Shown: positions 38,020 through 47,198, numbered from the stretch's first letter. The stretch is DNA of 49,572 bases from an uncultured Chthoniobacter sp. (GCA_964403605.1 CAYOGR010000001.1:1-49572); one strand, 5' to 3'. Numbers and translations are program-made. The notes: generated from the letters alone by a model not told the origin.

Positions 38020-40170
38020 TCAGGGGTTTTTCTGGATGCTGAAAATCGCGGGGGATGTGATCGTCCATCCGCTGGTTCCCAGCTCGAAACTTGGGTTCGC
38101 GACGCGGTTGGCTCCTCCCGCAGTGCCGAGAAAAACCTCGTCCAGATACATCGTGCCACCCGACCCGTCATAGGCGTCGTCGAAGCTCAGCCAAATCCGC
38201 TGGCGGCTCCCCGTGTTGAAAACCGGCGTGGTGAACTTGGTCCAGTTCGAGGTGGCATTGATGCGAATGCCGGAGAGTTTCACGGTCCAGGCCGAGTTGC
38301 CCCACACCTGGAGCTCCACCGAACCGGAGCCCTTCACCCAGACGCTGGCGGTCACATTGGTCCGGGGCGGGACAGGCACGCGCTGGAAGAGATCGTGATA
38401 GGTCGCACTCGGTTGCACTTTCGCCACAGCGGCCCAATTGCCATTGAAAACATTCCCCCCGGTGGGTGGCGTCGCCGTGGGCGACGGACTTGGCGATGGG
38501 GTTGGCGTCACTGTTGGTGTGGGCGTCGCTGTTGGCGTGGGTGTCGCTGTCGGGGTGGGCGTCACTGTTGGCGTGGGCGTCGCTGTAGGGCTGGGTGTCG
38601 GCGTCACCACTCCCGCGTTCAGGATATCGCGAACCTTTGTGACGCTGGCCTGCAAGGCGGCATTGGATTTGAAATCCGTAATGAATTCCCACCAGAAGAC
38701 GCCGCCGATGCTCCCGGCAAAGTCAAAGGCGGCACCATGGTAGATTTCGGAGATGGCCAGCTTGGCGGCGATCGGATCGGTTTGATTGTAGGCCCACCAG
38801 AACCTCTGACCCGGGATCCAGTAGCCGAGTTCACCGATTCCGATTTCCGAGTTCGGAAACTCCGCGCGCATCGTCTTCATCACCTGGTCGAAGGCCATGC
38901 CCATCGGGGCCTGCTCCTGATATTGCGAAAATGTGACGACATCGAGGAGCGACCTTGTCGAGGCAGGCAGGTTGTTCGCTACCCAAGTGAACATGGAATT
39001 CGCCACGGTATCGGTGTTAATCTGCCAAAAGAGCGTCAGGAAGGTGAGCTTGCCCGGGGCGCGGTTGCGAACCTCCTGCGCGGCGTCGGCGATCCGAAGC
39101 GCGATGTCGCTGCTCAGCCAGGTTCCGTTGACTTCGTTGCCGACCTCCCAGGCGTCGATCTGCGGAAAAGCGGTGATGAAATCGATGAAGCGCTGTTTAT
39201 ATTGGGCGCGGGTGTATTGACGGTCGTAGGTGGAATCCACCGGCTGCCCGAGCACTTTGAGCCCCTTGGATTTCGCGTAGTTGATCAGCCCGGTGTAGGG
39301 TGATGGCCCAAGGCCGGCATCGAAAACAACCCGGATCCATCCGAATGGAGAAGTCGTTTTTGCAGCGAGATCCAGGTTCTCCTGGTAGTTCGAAACCGTG
39401 TCGATCGTAAAACCCAGCCATGGCGTGAGGGTCGCCTTGTTGTTCCGGGCGAAAACCGGGCCGTGCTCCTGCAGGAGCGTGTCGTAGGCCACGGCGAGTT
39501 GATCGAGCGCGAGTTGCCCCGCTTTTCCCTTGGCGCTCTCCGGGCTGTAGGCATCGACGCTCGCAAGCTGTGCCGCCGCGGCTTGGTAGGCGGTGTTGAA
39601 CTTTGCGGACGCGACATAACCGGGGCGCGCGGCCAGGGCGGCATCGAGTTTTTTTCGGATGTCGCGGGCGGCCTGGTAGGAGAAATTAACCGTCGCCCCC
39701 GCGCTGAATCCCGCCCCGCCATTATCCAGGATCACCAACCCAAAGCCGTTCGGGAGTGTGGGCCAATTCAAGGCCAGAGCCACCGGGCGGGACGGAATGT
39801 TGAAGGCGAGATTCGCTCCCGAGGTGAAGAGCGGGCCGCTGCTGATCGCCCTCATGTTCTCGGGATCGAGCAGGAAGTCGCTGTTGTAGCCCGCGCCCTC
39901 GTTGTTCGAGATGGTTCTCACCTGGGTGGGCGTGAGGGCGGCTCCGTTCCGATCGAAGAACAGGAGCGTGACCGCTCCGCCGGCCTGGGCTGTTCCCTTG
40001 AGCGTGAACGCCAGCCAGACCGCCACCGCCAGACCCGCAACGAGGGCACCGGGGAGGGCCAAACGCCGGGCATGCGCTTTGGCTCGTTTCAGGATTTTTG
40101 TGCCCAGCGAAACCCGCTCCGGCCCTTCGGGTGCGGGTTGCTGCATTGGTTTGTTTTTTTCTTTGTCCAT
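38020..40170 (-). CDS. Secreted or anchored clan GH-A-like glycoside hydrolase with Pro/Thr linker and C-terminal CBM4/9-like beta-sandwich
   Basis: N-terminal anchor LALPGALVAGLAVAVWLAF. Candidate acid/base motif WEVGNEVNG and nucleophile motif IGIGELGYW. The linker is PTPSPTATPTPTVTPTPTATPTPTATPTPTVTPTPSPSPSPTATP. The C-terminal module ends in MYLDEVFLG. Confidence 0.75.
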   Translation of the reverse strand: MDKEKNKPMQQPAPEGPERVSLGTKILKRAKAHARRLALPGALVAGLAVAVWLAFTLKGTAQAGGAVTLLFFDRNGAALTPTQVRTISNNEGAGYNSDFLLDPENMRAISSGPLFTSGANLAFNIPSRPVALALNWPTLPNGFGLVILDNGGAGFSAGATVNFSYQAARDIRKKLDAALAARPGYVASAKFNTAYQAAAAQLASVDAYSPESAKGKAGQLALDQLAVAYDTLLQEHGPVFARNNKATLTPWLGFTIDTVSNYQENLDLAAKTTSPFGWIRVVFDAGLGPSPYTGLINYAKSKGLKVLGQPVDSTYDRQYTRAQYKQRFIDFITAFPQIDAWEVGNEVNGTWLSSDIALRIADAAQEVRNRAPGKLTFLTLFWQINTDTVANSMFTWVANNLPASTRSLLDVVTFSQYQEQAPMGMAFDQVMKTMRAEFPNSEIGIGELGYWIPGQRFWWAYNQTDPIAAKLAISEIYHGAAFDFAGSIGGVFWWEFITDFKSNAALQASVTKVRDILNAGVVTPTPSPTATPTPTVTPTPTATPTPTATPTPTVTPTPSPSPSPTATPPTGGNVFNGNWAAVAKVQPSATYHDLFQRVPVPPRTNVTASVWVKGSGSVELQVWGNSAWTVKLSGIRINATSNWTKFTTPVFNTGSRQRIWLSFDDAYDGSGGTMYLDEVFLGTAGGANRVANPSFELGTSGWTITSPAIFSIQKNP
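38490..38600 (-). repeat. Coding tandem repeat (about 24-nt period, GGCGTCRCTGTTGGYGTGGG units) encoding the (T/S/A/V)P linker
   Basis: Visible reiteration of ggcgtcactgttgg / ggcgtcgctgttggcgtggg units across 38490-38600, in frame within the GH gene. Confidence 0.8.
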
Positions 40171-40271
40171 GGCCGCAACCTAGAAAGGGCGCGGGATTGC
40201 TCCATGGGGACATCGACCCTCGGCTTTGCACCCCATTGAGAGCCCGTGCGGCACGGAGGTTCGTCTCACCG

Positions 40272-41237
40272 ATGAAAACAAACATTTCGCCCAAGAGTCG
40301 CCAAAACCACCGGACCCATCGAGCGCATGATTTCCTGGCCGCTTTCCTTGTGACTGCGGCTGGGCTCTGGGCGGGCAGTTTGGGCTGCTCAATCGTCGCA
40401 AAACCCGATTCGAGGATCGACGCCGGACTCCGGACATCCTCGCATGTGGCCAAGCCCATCGGCCTCGACGCGAACCCGACCGACGCCCCTGCAATCGACG
40501 CCCGCAGCGGAATCGTGATCGACGCTTTGACCGGTGAGAGTCTCTACGAAAAGGATGCCGACCGCCTCCTGCCGGTGGCCAGCACGCAAAAACTTCTCAC
40601 CGCGCTCGAGGTGATCAATGAGGGCGGACTGGAGCAGGAGGTGACGGTGGGCTTGGGCGCGGCCTTGGAGCCCCCGTCCAAAGTGGGCCTGATCCCGGGA
40701 TCCCGGCACCGAAAGATCGATCTGCTTGGAAGCCTGCTGGTCGCCAGCGCCAACGATGCGGCCAGCGCTCTCGCCACGAACGGAACCGGCTCCTACGAGG
40801 AATTTGTGAAGAACATGAACTTGCGGGCGAAGCGCCTCGGGGCCAGAAACTCCTTGTTCCGGAATCCGCACGGCCTCGACGAACCGGGACAGTATTCCAC
40901 CGCGCGGGATTCCGCGATCATCGCCTACCACGCCTATCGCAGCCCGCTGATCCGGCACTTCGCGGCCCAGCAGTTTTGGACTTTTTCCCATGGGGACGGG
41001 CAAAAAACAGTTCTCGAAAACACAAACGAACTTCTCTGGAACTGGCCACCCTATTTCAACGGACTCAAGGGCGGCTTCACATTCTGGGGAGGAAAATGCC
41101 TGATCGCCTCGGCGAAACACAACGGCAGCGAAATCATCATTGTTCTCCTTGGCAGCACTCCAGAAAGGATATTCGTCGACGCCAAGCGCCTTTTCCATTG
41201 GCATCACGGGAGGTTGAACCACATCGCCGGGCAATGA
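40272..41237 (+). CDS. D-alanyl-D-alanine carboxypeptidase (serine peptidase S11, PBP5/6-like)
   Basis: SxxK (VASTQKLL) and SxN (SANDAA). LKGGFT sits at the KTG position. The N-terminus has a hydrophobic signal/anchor (FLAAFLVTAAGLWAGSLGCS). The ATG at 40272 is chosen within track ORF starting at 40098. Confidence 0.8.
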   Translation: MKTNISPKSRQNHRTHRAHDFLAAFLVTAAGLWAGSLGCSIVAKPDSRIDAGLRTSSHVAKPIGLDANPTDAPAIDARSGIVIDALTGESLYEKDADRLLPVASTQKLLTALEVINEGGLEQEVTVGLGAALEPPSKVGLIPGSRHRKIDLLGSLLVASANDAASALATNGTGSYEEFVKNMNLRAKRLGARNSLFRNPHGLDEPGQYSTARDSAIIAYHAYRSPLIRHFAAQQFWTFSHGDGQKTVLENTNELLWNWPPYFNGLKGGFTFWGGKCLIASAKHNGSEIIIVLLGSTPERIFVDAKRLFHWHHGRLNHIAGQ

Positions 41238-41240
41238 TTT

Positions 41241-41256
41241 TTCGGAAATGTCCGAA
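41241..41256 (+). terminator. Small hairpin just after the carboxypeptidase stop (TTCGGA-AATG-TCCGAA)
   Basis: Perfect 6-bp inverted repeat with a 4-nt loop, 4 nt after the TGA and preceded by a T-run. There is no downstream U-tract, so terminator function is uncertain. Confidence 0.25.
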
Positions 41257-41418
41257 GGCGCAAAATCCGTCCATTCACATTTAAATATTTCAAATGCAGT
41301 TTTTAATATTCGGGCAAACGCTGGGAATGATTCCTTGAAGGCCTGCGGTCCAGGCGGGGAGACGCGGTCGACTTTGATTCCAGGTCGCCGCAAGAAGTGG
41401 CTCCGGATATCTGGAAAC

Positions 41419-41492
41419 TGCACCCGGCGGGGATCGAACCCACAACCTACGGCTTCGGAGACCGTCACTCTATCCAATTGAGCTACGGGTGC
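41419..41492 (-). tRNA. tRNA-Arg (anticodon CCG)
   Basis: The reverse strand folds by hand into a 74-nt cloverleaf: GCACCCG-TA-GCTC-AATTGGATA-GAGT-G-ACGGT-CTCCGAA-GCCGT-AGGTT-GTGGG-TTCGATC-CCCGC-CGGGTGC-A. CCA is not encoded. Confidence 0.9.
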
Positions 41493-41671
41493 TGAACAGC
41501 TGCATCCTCCTTTAAGCGCCGGGGAAAATCAAACGCAAAAGCCCCTCGAAGGAGTTCACCCGAAACATGTGGCTTGCATTTTGCCGGAGTGGAAAAGAGT
41601 CTTGGCGCGTTCCACGGAGGGTTTTGGCTATTGCCACCGCACGGAGGAATCCAAAAAGACGCAACCAAACG

Positions 41672-42913
41672 ATGGCGACTACCACACTCGAGCACCCCGA
41701 TGCCTTGGCACGCAGCATCAAGGCCATGCAGGAAACCGAAGAACTGCTGGGCGAAAAAATGGTCATCAACATGGGGCCTTCGCACCCCTCGACGCACGGA
41801 GTGCTCCGCATGATCCTGGAGTTGGACGGCGAGGTCGTCACCAAGGCCACACCGGATATCGGCTACCTCCACCGCGGCGATGAAAAAATCGCCGAGAACA
41901 TGACCTATAACCAGTTTGTGCCCTACACGGACCGCTTGGACTATCTGGCCCCGATCGCCAACAATGTCACCTACGCCCTCGCGGTGGAAAAACTCATGGG
42001 CTGGGAAATCCCTCCCCGAGGCAAGGCGATTCGTGTGATCTGCTGCGAACTCGCGCGTATTTCCTCGCATCTTCTTGGCGTGGGTTGCCTGGGCATGGAT
42101 CTCGGCGCAACCTCTGTCTTTCTCTACACCTTCACCGAGCGCGAGAAGATCTACAACATGGTGGAGCAGCTCTCCGGTGCCCGTTTCACCACGAGCTACA
42201 CCCGCGTGGGCGGGCAGACACGAGATTTGCCACCGGCGTTTATCGCGATGCTGAGGGATTTTCTCGAGACCTTCCCGAAGGCTTTCGCGGATGTGGACAA
42301 ACTCATCACCCGCAACCGCATTTTTGTGGATCGCTGCAAAGAGGTGGGCGTGATTTCAAAAGAGGACGCGATCGCCTACGGCCTCTCCGGGCCGAATCTC
42401 CGGAGCAGCGGGGTGGATCACGACCTTCGCAAGAAACACCCTTATCTCGATTACCAGAACTACGATTTCGAGGTGCCCATCGGCTCGGTCGGCGACAGCT
42501 ACGACCGCTACCTCGTTCGTCTTGAGGAGATACGCCAAAGCGTGTTGATCCTTCGTCAAGTCCTCGACAAATTGCCCCCCGGTCCGATCAACTGGCACGA
42601 CCCGAAGAGCACGCTCCCGGACAAAGTGTCGGTTCTTACGAAGATGGAGGAACTCATCCACCACTTCATCGTCGCCACCGAAGGCGTCCACGCCCCCGCG
42701 GGGGAGGTCTATTTCGGGGCGGAAAACCCGAAGGGCGAGCTGGGCTTTTACATTTACAGCAAAGGCGGGGGGGTTCCCTACCGTCTGAAAATCCGCTCTC
42801 CCTCGTTCTGCAACATCAGCATCCTTTCCAAGTTGCTACCCGGATCCATGGTGTCCGATGTGGTGACTATCCTCGGATCGCTTGATCCCGTCTTTGGCGA
42901 AGTGGATCGCTGA
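41672..42913 (+). CDS. nuoD: NADH-quinone oxidoreductase subunit D (49-kDa subunit)
   Basis: MVINMGPSHPSTHGVLR...DIGYLHRGDEK...RLDY and a C-terminal LGSLDPVFGEVDR are hallmarks of NuoD. The ATG at 41672 is chosen within the track ORF. Confidence 0.95.
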   Translation: MATTTLEHPDALARSIKAMQETEELLGEKMVINMGPSHPSTHGVLRMILELDGEVVTKATPDIGYLHRGDEKIAENMTYNQFVPYTDRLDYLAPIANNVTYALAVEKLMGWEIPPRGKAIRVICCELARISSHLLGVGCLGMDLGATSVFLYTFTEREKIYNMVEQLSGARFTTSYTRVGGQTRDLPPAFIAMLRDFLETFPKAFADVDKLITRNRIFVDRCKEVGVISKEDAIAYGLSGPNLRSSGVDHDLRKKHPYLDYQNYDFEVPIGSVGDSYDRYLVRLEEIRQSVLILRQVLDKLPPGPINWHDPKSTLPDKVSVLTKMEELIHHFIVATEGVHAPAGEVYFGAENPKGELGFYIYSKGGGVPYRLKIRSPSFCNISILSKLLPGSMVSDVVTILGSLDPVFGEVDR

Positions 42914-42993
42914 TCAAAGTCCCCGCCGCCAGCCCCCGGCAGGATTCCGTTTCCTCCGCCGACCGGCATTGAAAAATAAAATCACACCCTGAC

Positions 42994-43461
42994 ATGACCC
43001 TGGCCAACCTATTATCAGAGTCGCAAATTATTCCCGAGATGGCCGCCAAGGAACGCTGGCAGGCGATCCGGGAATTGGTCGATTGCCTTGTAGCATCCGG
43101 TAAAATCGAGCGTGCGGACGAGGACTCCATTCTCGAATCCATTCGCCAGCGCGAGGAAACGATGAGCACCGGGATCGGCTTCGGAATCGCCATTCCGCAC
43201 GCCTCCTCCCCCAAGGTTACGGAAGTTGTCGCTGCCTTTGGACGCTCCACCGCCGGCATTCCCTTCGATGCGCTCGATGGTGAACCCGTTTCCTTCATCG
43301 TGCTTTTCGTGGTGCCGAAGGATCAGTTCCAGACCCACCTGCGAACCCTCGCTGCGATTGCGAAATTCTTGAACGATAAAGTCATCCGCGAGGAACTTTC
43401 CAAGGCCCAGAGTGTCTCCACCATCCTGCAGGTCTTTGAAAACCGCTCCGGCCGCCCCTAG
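42994..43461 (+). CDS. ptsN: PTS EIIA type-2 domain protein (PtsN / nitrogen-regulatory IIA-like)
   Basis: 155 aa with the active-site region TGIGFGIAIPHA and a typical EIIA-Ntr N-terminus (LLSESQIIPEMAAKERWQAIRELV). Confidence 0.8.
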   Translation: MTLANLLSESQIIPEMAAKERWQAIRELVDCLVASGKIERADEDSILESIRQREETMSTGIGFGIAIPHASSPKVTEVVAAFGRSTAGIPFDALDGEPVSFIVLFVVPKDQFQTHLRTLAAIAKFLNDKVIREELSKAQSVSTILQVFENRSGRP

Positions 43462-43470
43462 AAATGTAGT

Positions 43471-43487
43471 GCGGGCGTCCCGCCCGC
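43471..43487 (+). promoter_or_regulatory. GC hairpin GCGGGCG-TCC-CGCCCGC in the ptsN-argS spacer (possible terminator or leader element)
   Basis: Perfect 7-bp stem with a 3-nt loop, 10 nt after the ptsN stop. A third complementary copy (CGCCCGC) lies at 43515-43521. Confidence 0.3.
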
Positions 43488-43559
43488 GATGGGATTCCCA
43501 CTCGGACGGCGGAGCGCCCGCCCCACTACGCCCCGCCGAACTTCGGCGCGCCTCCACTG

Positions 43560-43587
43560 AAAACTTGATTCTTAAAACTTAATTCTT
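43560..43587 (+). repeat. Tandem 14-nt direct repeat (AAAACTTGATTCTT / AAAACTTAATTCTT) ending 3 nt before the argS ATG
   Basis: Two adjacent units matching at 13 of 14 positions. The region is AT-rich in a GC-rich genome. Confidence 0.6.
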
Positions 43588-43590
43588 CTG

Positions 43591-45300
43591 ATGCCTACCG
43601 CGCGCGAACTTCTTTCCACCCGACTCCGCGAGGCCCTTTCCGCCTGTGCCCTCGACCCCTCGCGCGGTGAAGTCGGCCAGGCTGCCGACACGCGATTTGG
43701 CGACTACCAATCGAACGCCGCCATGGTTCTGGCAAAGGAGAAAAAAGCAAACCCCCGCCAACTCGCCGCCGAAATTCTCGCCAAGCTCGATGTCTCCGGT
43801 ATCGCTCAACCTCCCCAGGTCGCCGGCGCGGGATTTCTGAATTTCCGCCTCGAGGATTCTTTTCTTTCCAATGCGGTTTCCCAACTCGCCGCCGATCCCC
43901 GTCTCGGCGTTGCTCCCGCCGCACACCCGAATAAAATCCTCGTCGACTTCAGTTCGCCGAATGTCGCGAAGCCGATGCATGTCGGCCACATCCGCAGCAC
44001 CATCCTCGGCGATTGCCTCGTGCGGGTAGCCCGCTTTCTCGGCCATGAGGTCACGGCCGACAACCACATCGGCGACTGGGGCACGCAATTCGGAAAGGTC
44101 ATCTACGGCTGGAAGCATTTCCTCGACCGCGAGGCTTTGCAGGTGGACGCCATCGCCGAACTCGTTCGGCTTTACCGCGAAGTCACCCGCCTCGAGGAGA
44201 CCAACGAGGACATCAAGCGCACTGCCCGCGAGGAATTGGTGAAACTCCAGGCCGGCGATTCCGAAAACCTCTCGATTTGGAAACAAACCGTCGAACTCTC
44301 CTGGCGCGAATTCGAGAAACTCTATGGCCTGCTCGATATCCAGTTCGATGAACGCCTCGGCGAAAGCGCCTACAACGAAGCCCTCGCTCCCCTCTGCGCG
44401 GAACTCGAAAAACGAGGCATCGCCCGCGAGAGCGACGGCGCGCTTTGCATTTTTTTCCCGGAAATTCCCACGCTGGAGGGCAAGCCCGCGATCATTCGGA
44501 AGTCCGACGGCGGCTTCCTCTACGCCACCACCGACCTCGCCACGATCGATTACCGCGTGAAGCGTTGGAGCCCCGACGCCATCTGGTATGTCGTTGGTTC
44601 CCCGCAGGCCCTCCACTTCCAGCAAATCTTCGCCGCCGCGAAAATGATGGGCATCGGGGGGGATCTCCGCCACATCGCCTTTGGCAGCATCCTTGGCGAG
44701 GACCGCAAGATCATGAAAACCCGATCCGGCGAGAATGTCGGCCTGGCCGAGGTTTTGCATGAAGCCATCGAGCGCGCCCGGAAAATCCTCGCCGCGCGAT
44801 CCGAGGCCCTGCCCCCCGAGGAAGCCGAGACCGCCGCCCGCCTCATTGGAATCGGTGCGGTGAAATATGCGGAACTCTCCCAAAACCGCCTCACCGACTA
44901 TGTTTTTTCGTGGGACAAGCTTCTGGCGTTCGAAGGAAACACCGCGCCGTATTTGCAGAACGCCTATGTCCGCATCCGCTCGATTTTCCGCAAAGCGGGC
45001 GAGTCCGCCGATCCCGCCGCGAAAATCCAAATCACCGGCCCCGCCGAGCGCGCGCTTGCCGTCAAACTCCTCCAATACGCCGAGACCCTCCCGGTCGTCC
45101 TCGAGGATTTCCGCCCGAACATTCTCGCGAACTACCTCTACGAACTCGCCAACACCTACCACTCGTTTTACGAAGCCTGCCCGGTGTTGAAAGCCGAGCC
45201 CGCCCTGCGCGCCAGCCGACTCCTCCTGAGCGATCTCGCCGCCCGCACCCTTTCGCACGGCCTCGTCCTTCTCGGCATCCACTGCCCCGAGCGAATGTAA
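43591..45300 (+). CDS. argS: Arginyl-tRNA synthetase
   Basis: SSPNVAKPMHVGHIRS (HIGH motif), an anticodon-binding (DALR-type) C-terminal domain, and a C-terminal M. Confidence 0.95.
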   Translation: MPTARELLSTRLREALSACALDPSRGEVGQAADTRFGDYQSNAAMVLAKEKKANPRQLAAEILAKLDVSGIAQPPQVAGAGFLNFRLEDSFLSNAVSQLAADPRLGVAPAAHPNKILVDFSSPNVAKPMHVGHIRSTILGDCLVRVARFLGHEVTADNHIGDWGTQFGKVIYGWKHFLDREALQVDAIAELVRLYREVTRLEETNEDIKRTAREELVKLQAGDSENLSIWKQTVELSWREFEKLYGLLDIQFDERLGESAYNEALAPLCAELEKRGIARESDGALCIFFPEIPTLEGKPAIIRKSDGGFLYATTDLATIDYRVKRWSPDAIWYVVGSPQALHFQQIFAAAKMMGIGGDLRHIAFGSILGEDRKIMKTRSGENVGLAEVLHEAIERARKILAARSEALPPEEAETAARLIGIGAVKYAELSQNRLTDYVFSWDKLLAFEGNTAPYLQNAYVRIRSIFRKAGESADPAAKIQITGPAERALAVKLLQYAETLPVVLEDFRPNILANYLYELANTYHSFYEACPVLKAEPALRASRLLLSDLAARTLSHGLVLLGIHCPERM

Positions 45301-45377
45301 CCCTTCCCCGGCCCCCTGGCTGGGACGCGCTTTCGATTCACCTCCGTCTTGGCGCTTCCGTAAAAGCCCCTCTTTGC

Positions 45378-47198
45378 TCAGTGGTGCGATGCCTCGCCAG
45401 CCCCGCTCGGGATGTGGATTCGCTCAACCATTTCCTGCACCTCCTTGGGAGGTTCGCCACCAAAGGGCCTCACGAGAAACGCCACGGCGAAGTTGATCAA
45501 CATGCCCACAAAACCGATCCCTTCGGACGAAATCCCGAAGAGCATTTGCTCCTCCGTGCCACCGAGGAACTGGAAATAGACGATATAGGAACTCGTGAAA
45601 ACCATCCCCGCGAGCATTCCCGAGATCGCTCCAAGTTTGTTCATGCGCTTGGAGAAAATCCCGATCAACAGCGTGGGAAAAAACGACGAGGCAGCCAGGC
45701 CGAAGGCAAAGGCCACCGTCTGCGCAATGAAGGCGGAAGGCGGATTGATGCCGAAATACGCCGCCATGGCGAGTCCCACAAACGAGGCGCCGCGTGCGTA
45801 GTTCACCTCCTCCCGGTCGCTTAAATCCGGTTTCACGATCTTTTTCATCAGGTCGTGGGAGATTGATGTCGAGAGCACCAGCAGCAATCCCGCCGCGGTC
45901 GAGAGCGCGGCCGCAATGCAGCCCGCCATGAGCAACGAAACCACCCAAATCGGCAGCCCGGCCATGGAGGGATTCGCCATGACCATGATGTCGTTGCCAA
46001 ACCAAAGTTCGTTGGGATTCGAAAGATCCGGCTTGTTGGCCAACAAACGCTCGCCGTGCACTCCCAGCCGCTGATTTTCCGGGGCATCGTGAGTTGGAAA
46101 AATCGGTTGCTCTCCTTGAAACACACTGTTCGTTCCCGCCGCCGATTTTGCCGGGCCGAAATACTGGATCTTCCCGTCGCCGTTCTTATCCACCCACACC
46201 ATCTGCCCGGTCGCCTCGAACTCGCGGAACCATCCCGGCGCGTCCGCATAGCTCTTCGTGTGCAGCTCCTCGATCAAATTCAGCCGCGCAAACGCCCCGA
46301 TGGCCGGTGCCGTGAGGTAGATCACCGCGATGAAAATCAATGTCCAGCAAGCCGAGTTGCGCACCGCCTGCACGCTCTTCACCGTGAAAAACCGCACGAT
46401 CACATGCGGCAACCCCGCCGTGCCGCACATCAACGCCGCGGTGATGCAAAACATGTTCACCATCGACAATTTTCCCGTCGTATATTCCTGGAAACCCAAC
46501 TCCACATTGATCCGGTTCAGCTTTTCAAAAAACGGCACCGATTCTCCGTTCAGCGAATAATTCCCGATCAACCCCAGCTGCGGCACCGGCTGGTTCGTGA
46601 TCATGATCGCGATAAAAACCGCCGGAATCGTGTAGGCGAACGCCATCACACAATACTGCGCCACCTGGGTGTAGGTGATCCCCTTCATTCCCCCGATCCC
46701 CGCGTAGAAAAACACAATCGCCGCGCCGACCACCACACCCGCGGGAATGCCGATCCCGAACAACTGCGAAAAAACCACACCCACCCCGCGCATCTGGCCC
46801 ATGATGTAGGTCATGCAGATGAAGATCGCGCAAACCACCGCCACCCCGCGCGCCCACTTCGAGTAATACCGGTCTCCAATGAAGTCCGGCACCGTCGCCT
46901 TCCCGAACTTCCGCAAAAACGGCACCATCAAAATCGTCAGCAACACAAACCCGCCGGTCCATCCCATCAGAAACCGGGAGGCGTCGTATCCGCTCATCGC
47001 CACAGCCCCCGCCATCGAGATGAATGTCGCTGCGGACATCCAGTCCGCCGCCGTTGCCATGCCGTTCGCAAACGACGACACCCCGCCGCCGGCCGTGTAG
47101 TATTCCTTTGTCGAACCCGCCCGCGACCGCACCGCGATCACGATGTAGACCGCGAATGAAATCCCGATGAAAAGAAAGTTCAGCGTGCTCTGGCTCAT
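45378..47198 (-). CDS. Sodium:solute symporter family (SSF) transporter, ActP/cation-acetate-symporter-like
   Basis: [23 protein letters not shown]...[32 protein letters not shown] is typical SSF. It has a large loop insertion. ATGA overlap with the upstream DUF4212 gene. Confidence 0.9.
   Translation of the reverse strand: MSQSTLNFLFIGISFAVYIVIAVRSRAGSTKEYYTAGGGVSSFANGMATAADWMSAATFISMAGAVAMSGYDASRFLMGWTGGFVLLTILMVPFLRKFGKATVPDFIGDRYYSKWARGVAVVCAIFICMTYIMGQMRGVGVVFSQLFGIGIPAGVVVGAAIVFFYAGIGGMKGITYTQVAQYCVMAFAYTIPAVFIAIMITNQPVPQLGLIGNYSLNGESVPFFEKLNRINVELGFQEYTTGKLSMVNMFCITAALMCGTAGLPHVIVRFFTVKSVQAVRNSACWTLIFIAVIYLTAPAIGAFARLNLIEELHTKSYADAPGWFREFEATGQMVWVDKNGDGKIQYFGPAKSAAGTNSVFQGEQPIFPTHDAPENQRLGVHGERLLANKPDLSNPNELWFGNDIMVMANPSMAGLPIWVVSLLMAGCIAAALSTAAGLLLVLSTSISHDLMKKIVKPDLSDREEVNYARGASFVGLAMAAYFGINPPSAFIAQTVAFAFGLAASSFFPTLLIGIFSKRMNKLGAISGMLAGMVFTSSYIVYFQFLGGTEEQMLFGISSEGIGFVGMLINFAVAFLVRPFGGEPPKEVQEMVERIHIPSGAGEASHH

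Noticed and set aside
38467-38610. Short tandem DNA repeats that could superficially resemble a repeat array or CRISPR.
   Set aside because: The period is about 24 nt with no spacers, and the repeats lie in frame inside a long ORF, encoding a Thr/Pro linker. This is a coding low-complexity repeat, not a CRISPR.
40389-41477. 362-aa minus-strand ORF spanning the carboxypeptidase region and running into the tRNA gene. Also ORFs 41248..41481 (+) and 41483..42070 (-).
   Set aside because: They overlap a well-folded tRNA-Arg and/or lie antisense to conserved genes (S11 peptidase, nuoD). They have no motifs and a junk-like composition.
43462-43590. T-box leader upstream of argS.
   Set aside because: I could recognise no T-box core (AANNNGGGTGGTACCGCG-like) or specifier-loop architecture. 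The spacer is far too short for a T-box of 200 nt or more, and T-boxes are not expected in this lineage. It is kept only as a generic structured leader in the findings.
43579-45282. 567-aa ORF on the minus strand, almost exactly coextensive with argS. There are similar long antisense ORFs at 795..2084, 13091..14314, 19625..20611, 29827..30795, 30948..32123, 32804..33856, 33794..35083, 35986..37422 and 46056..47159.
   Set aside because: Their compositions are Gly/Arg/His/Glu/Asp-heavy and motif-less. The opposite strand carries unmistakable conserved proteins (ArgS, SerS, HisC, MnmE, RibBA and others). Long stop-free antisense frames are the expected by-product of strong GC3 codon bias in high-GC genomes.
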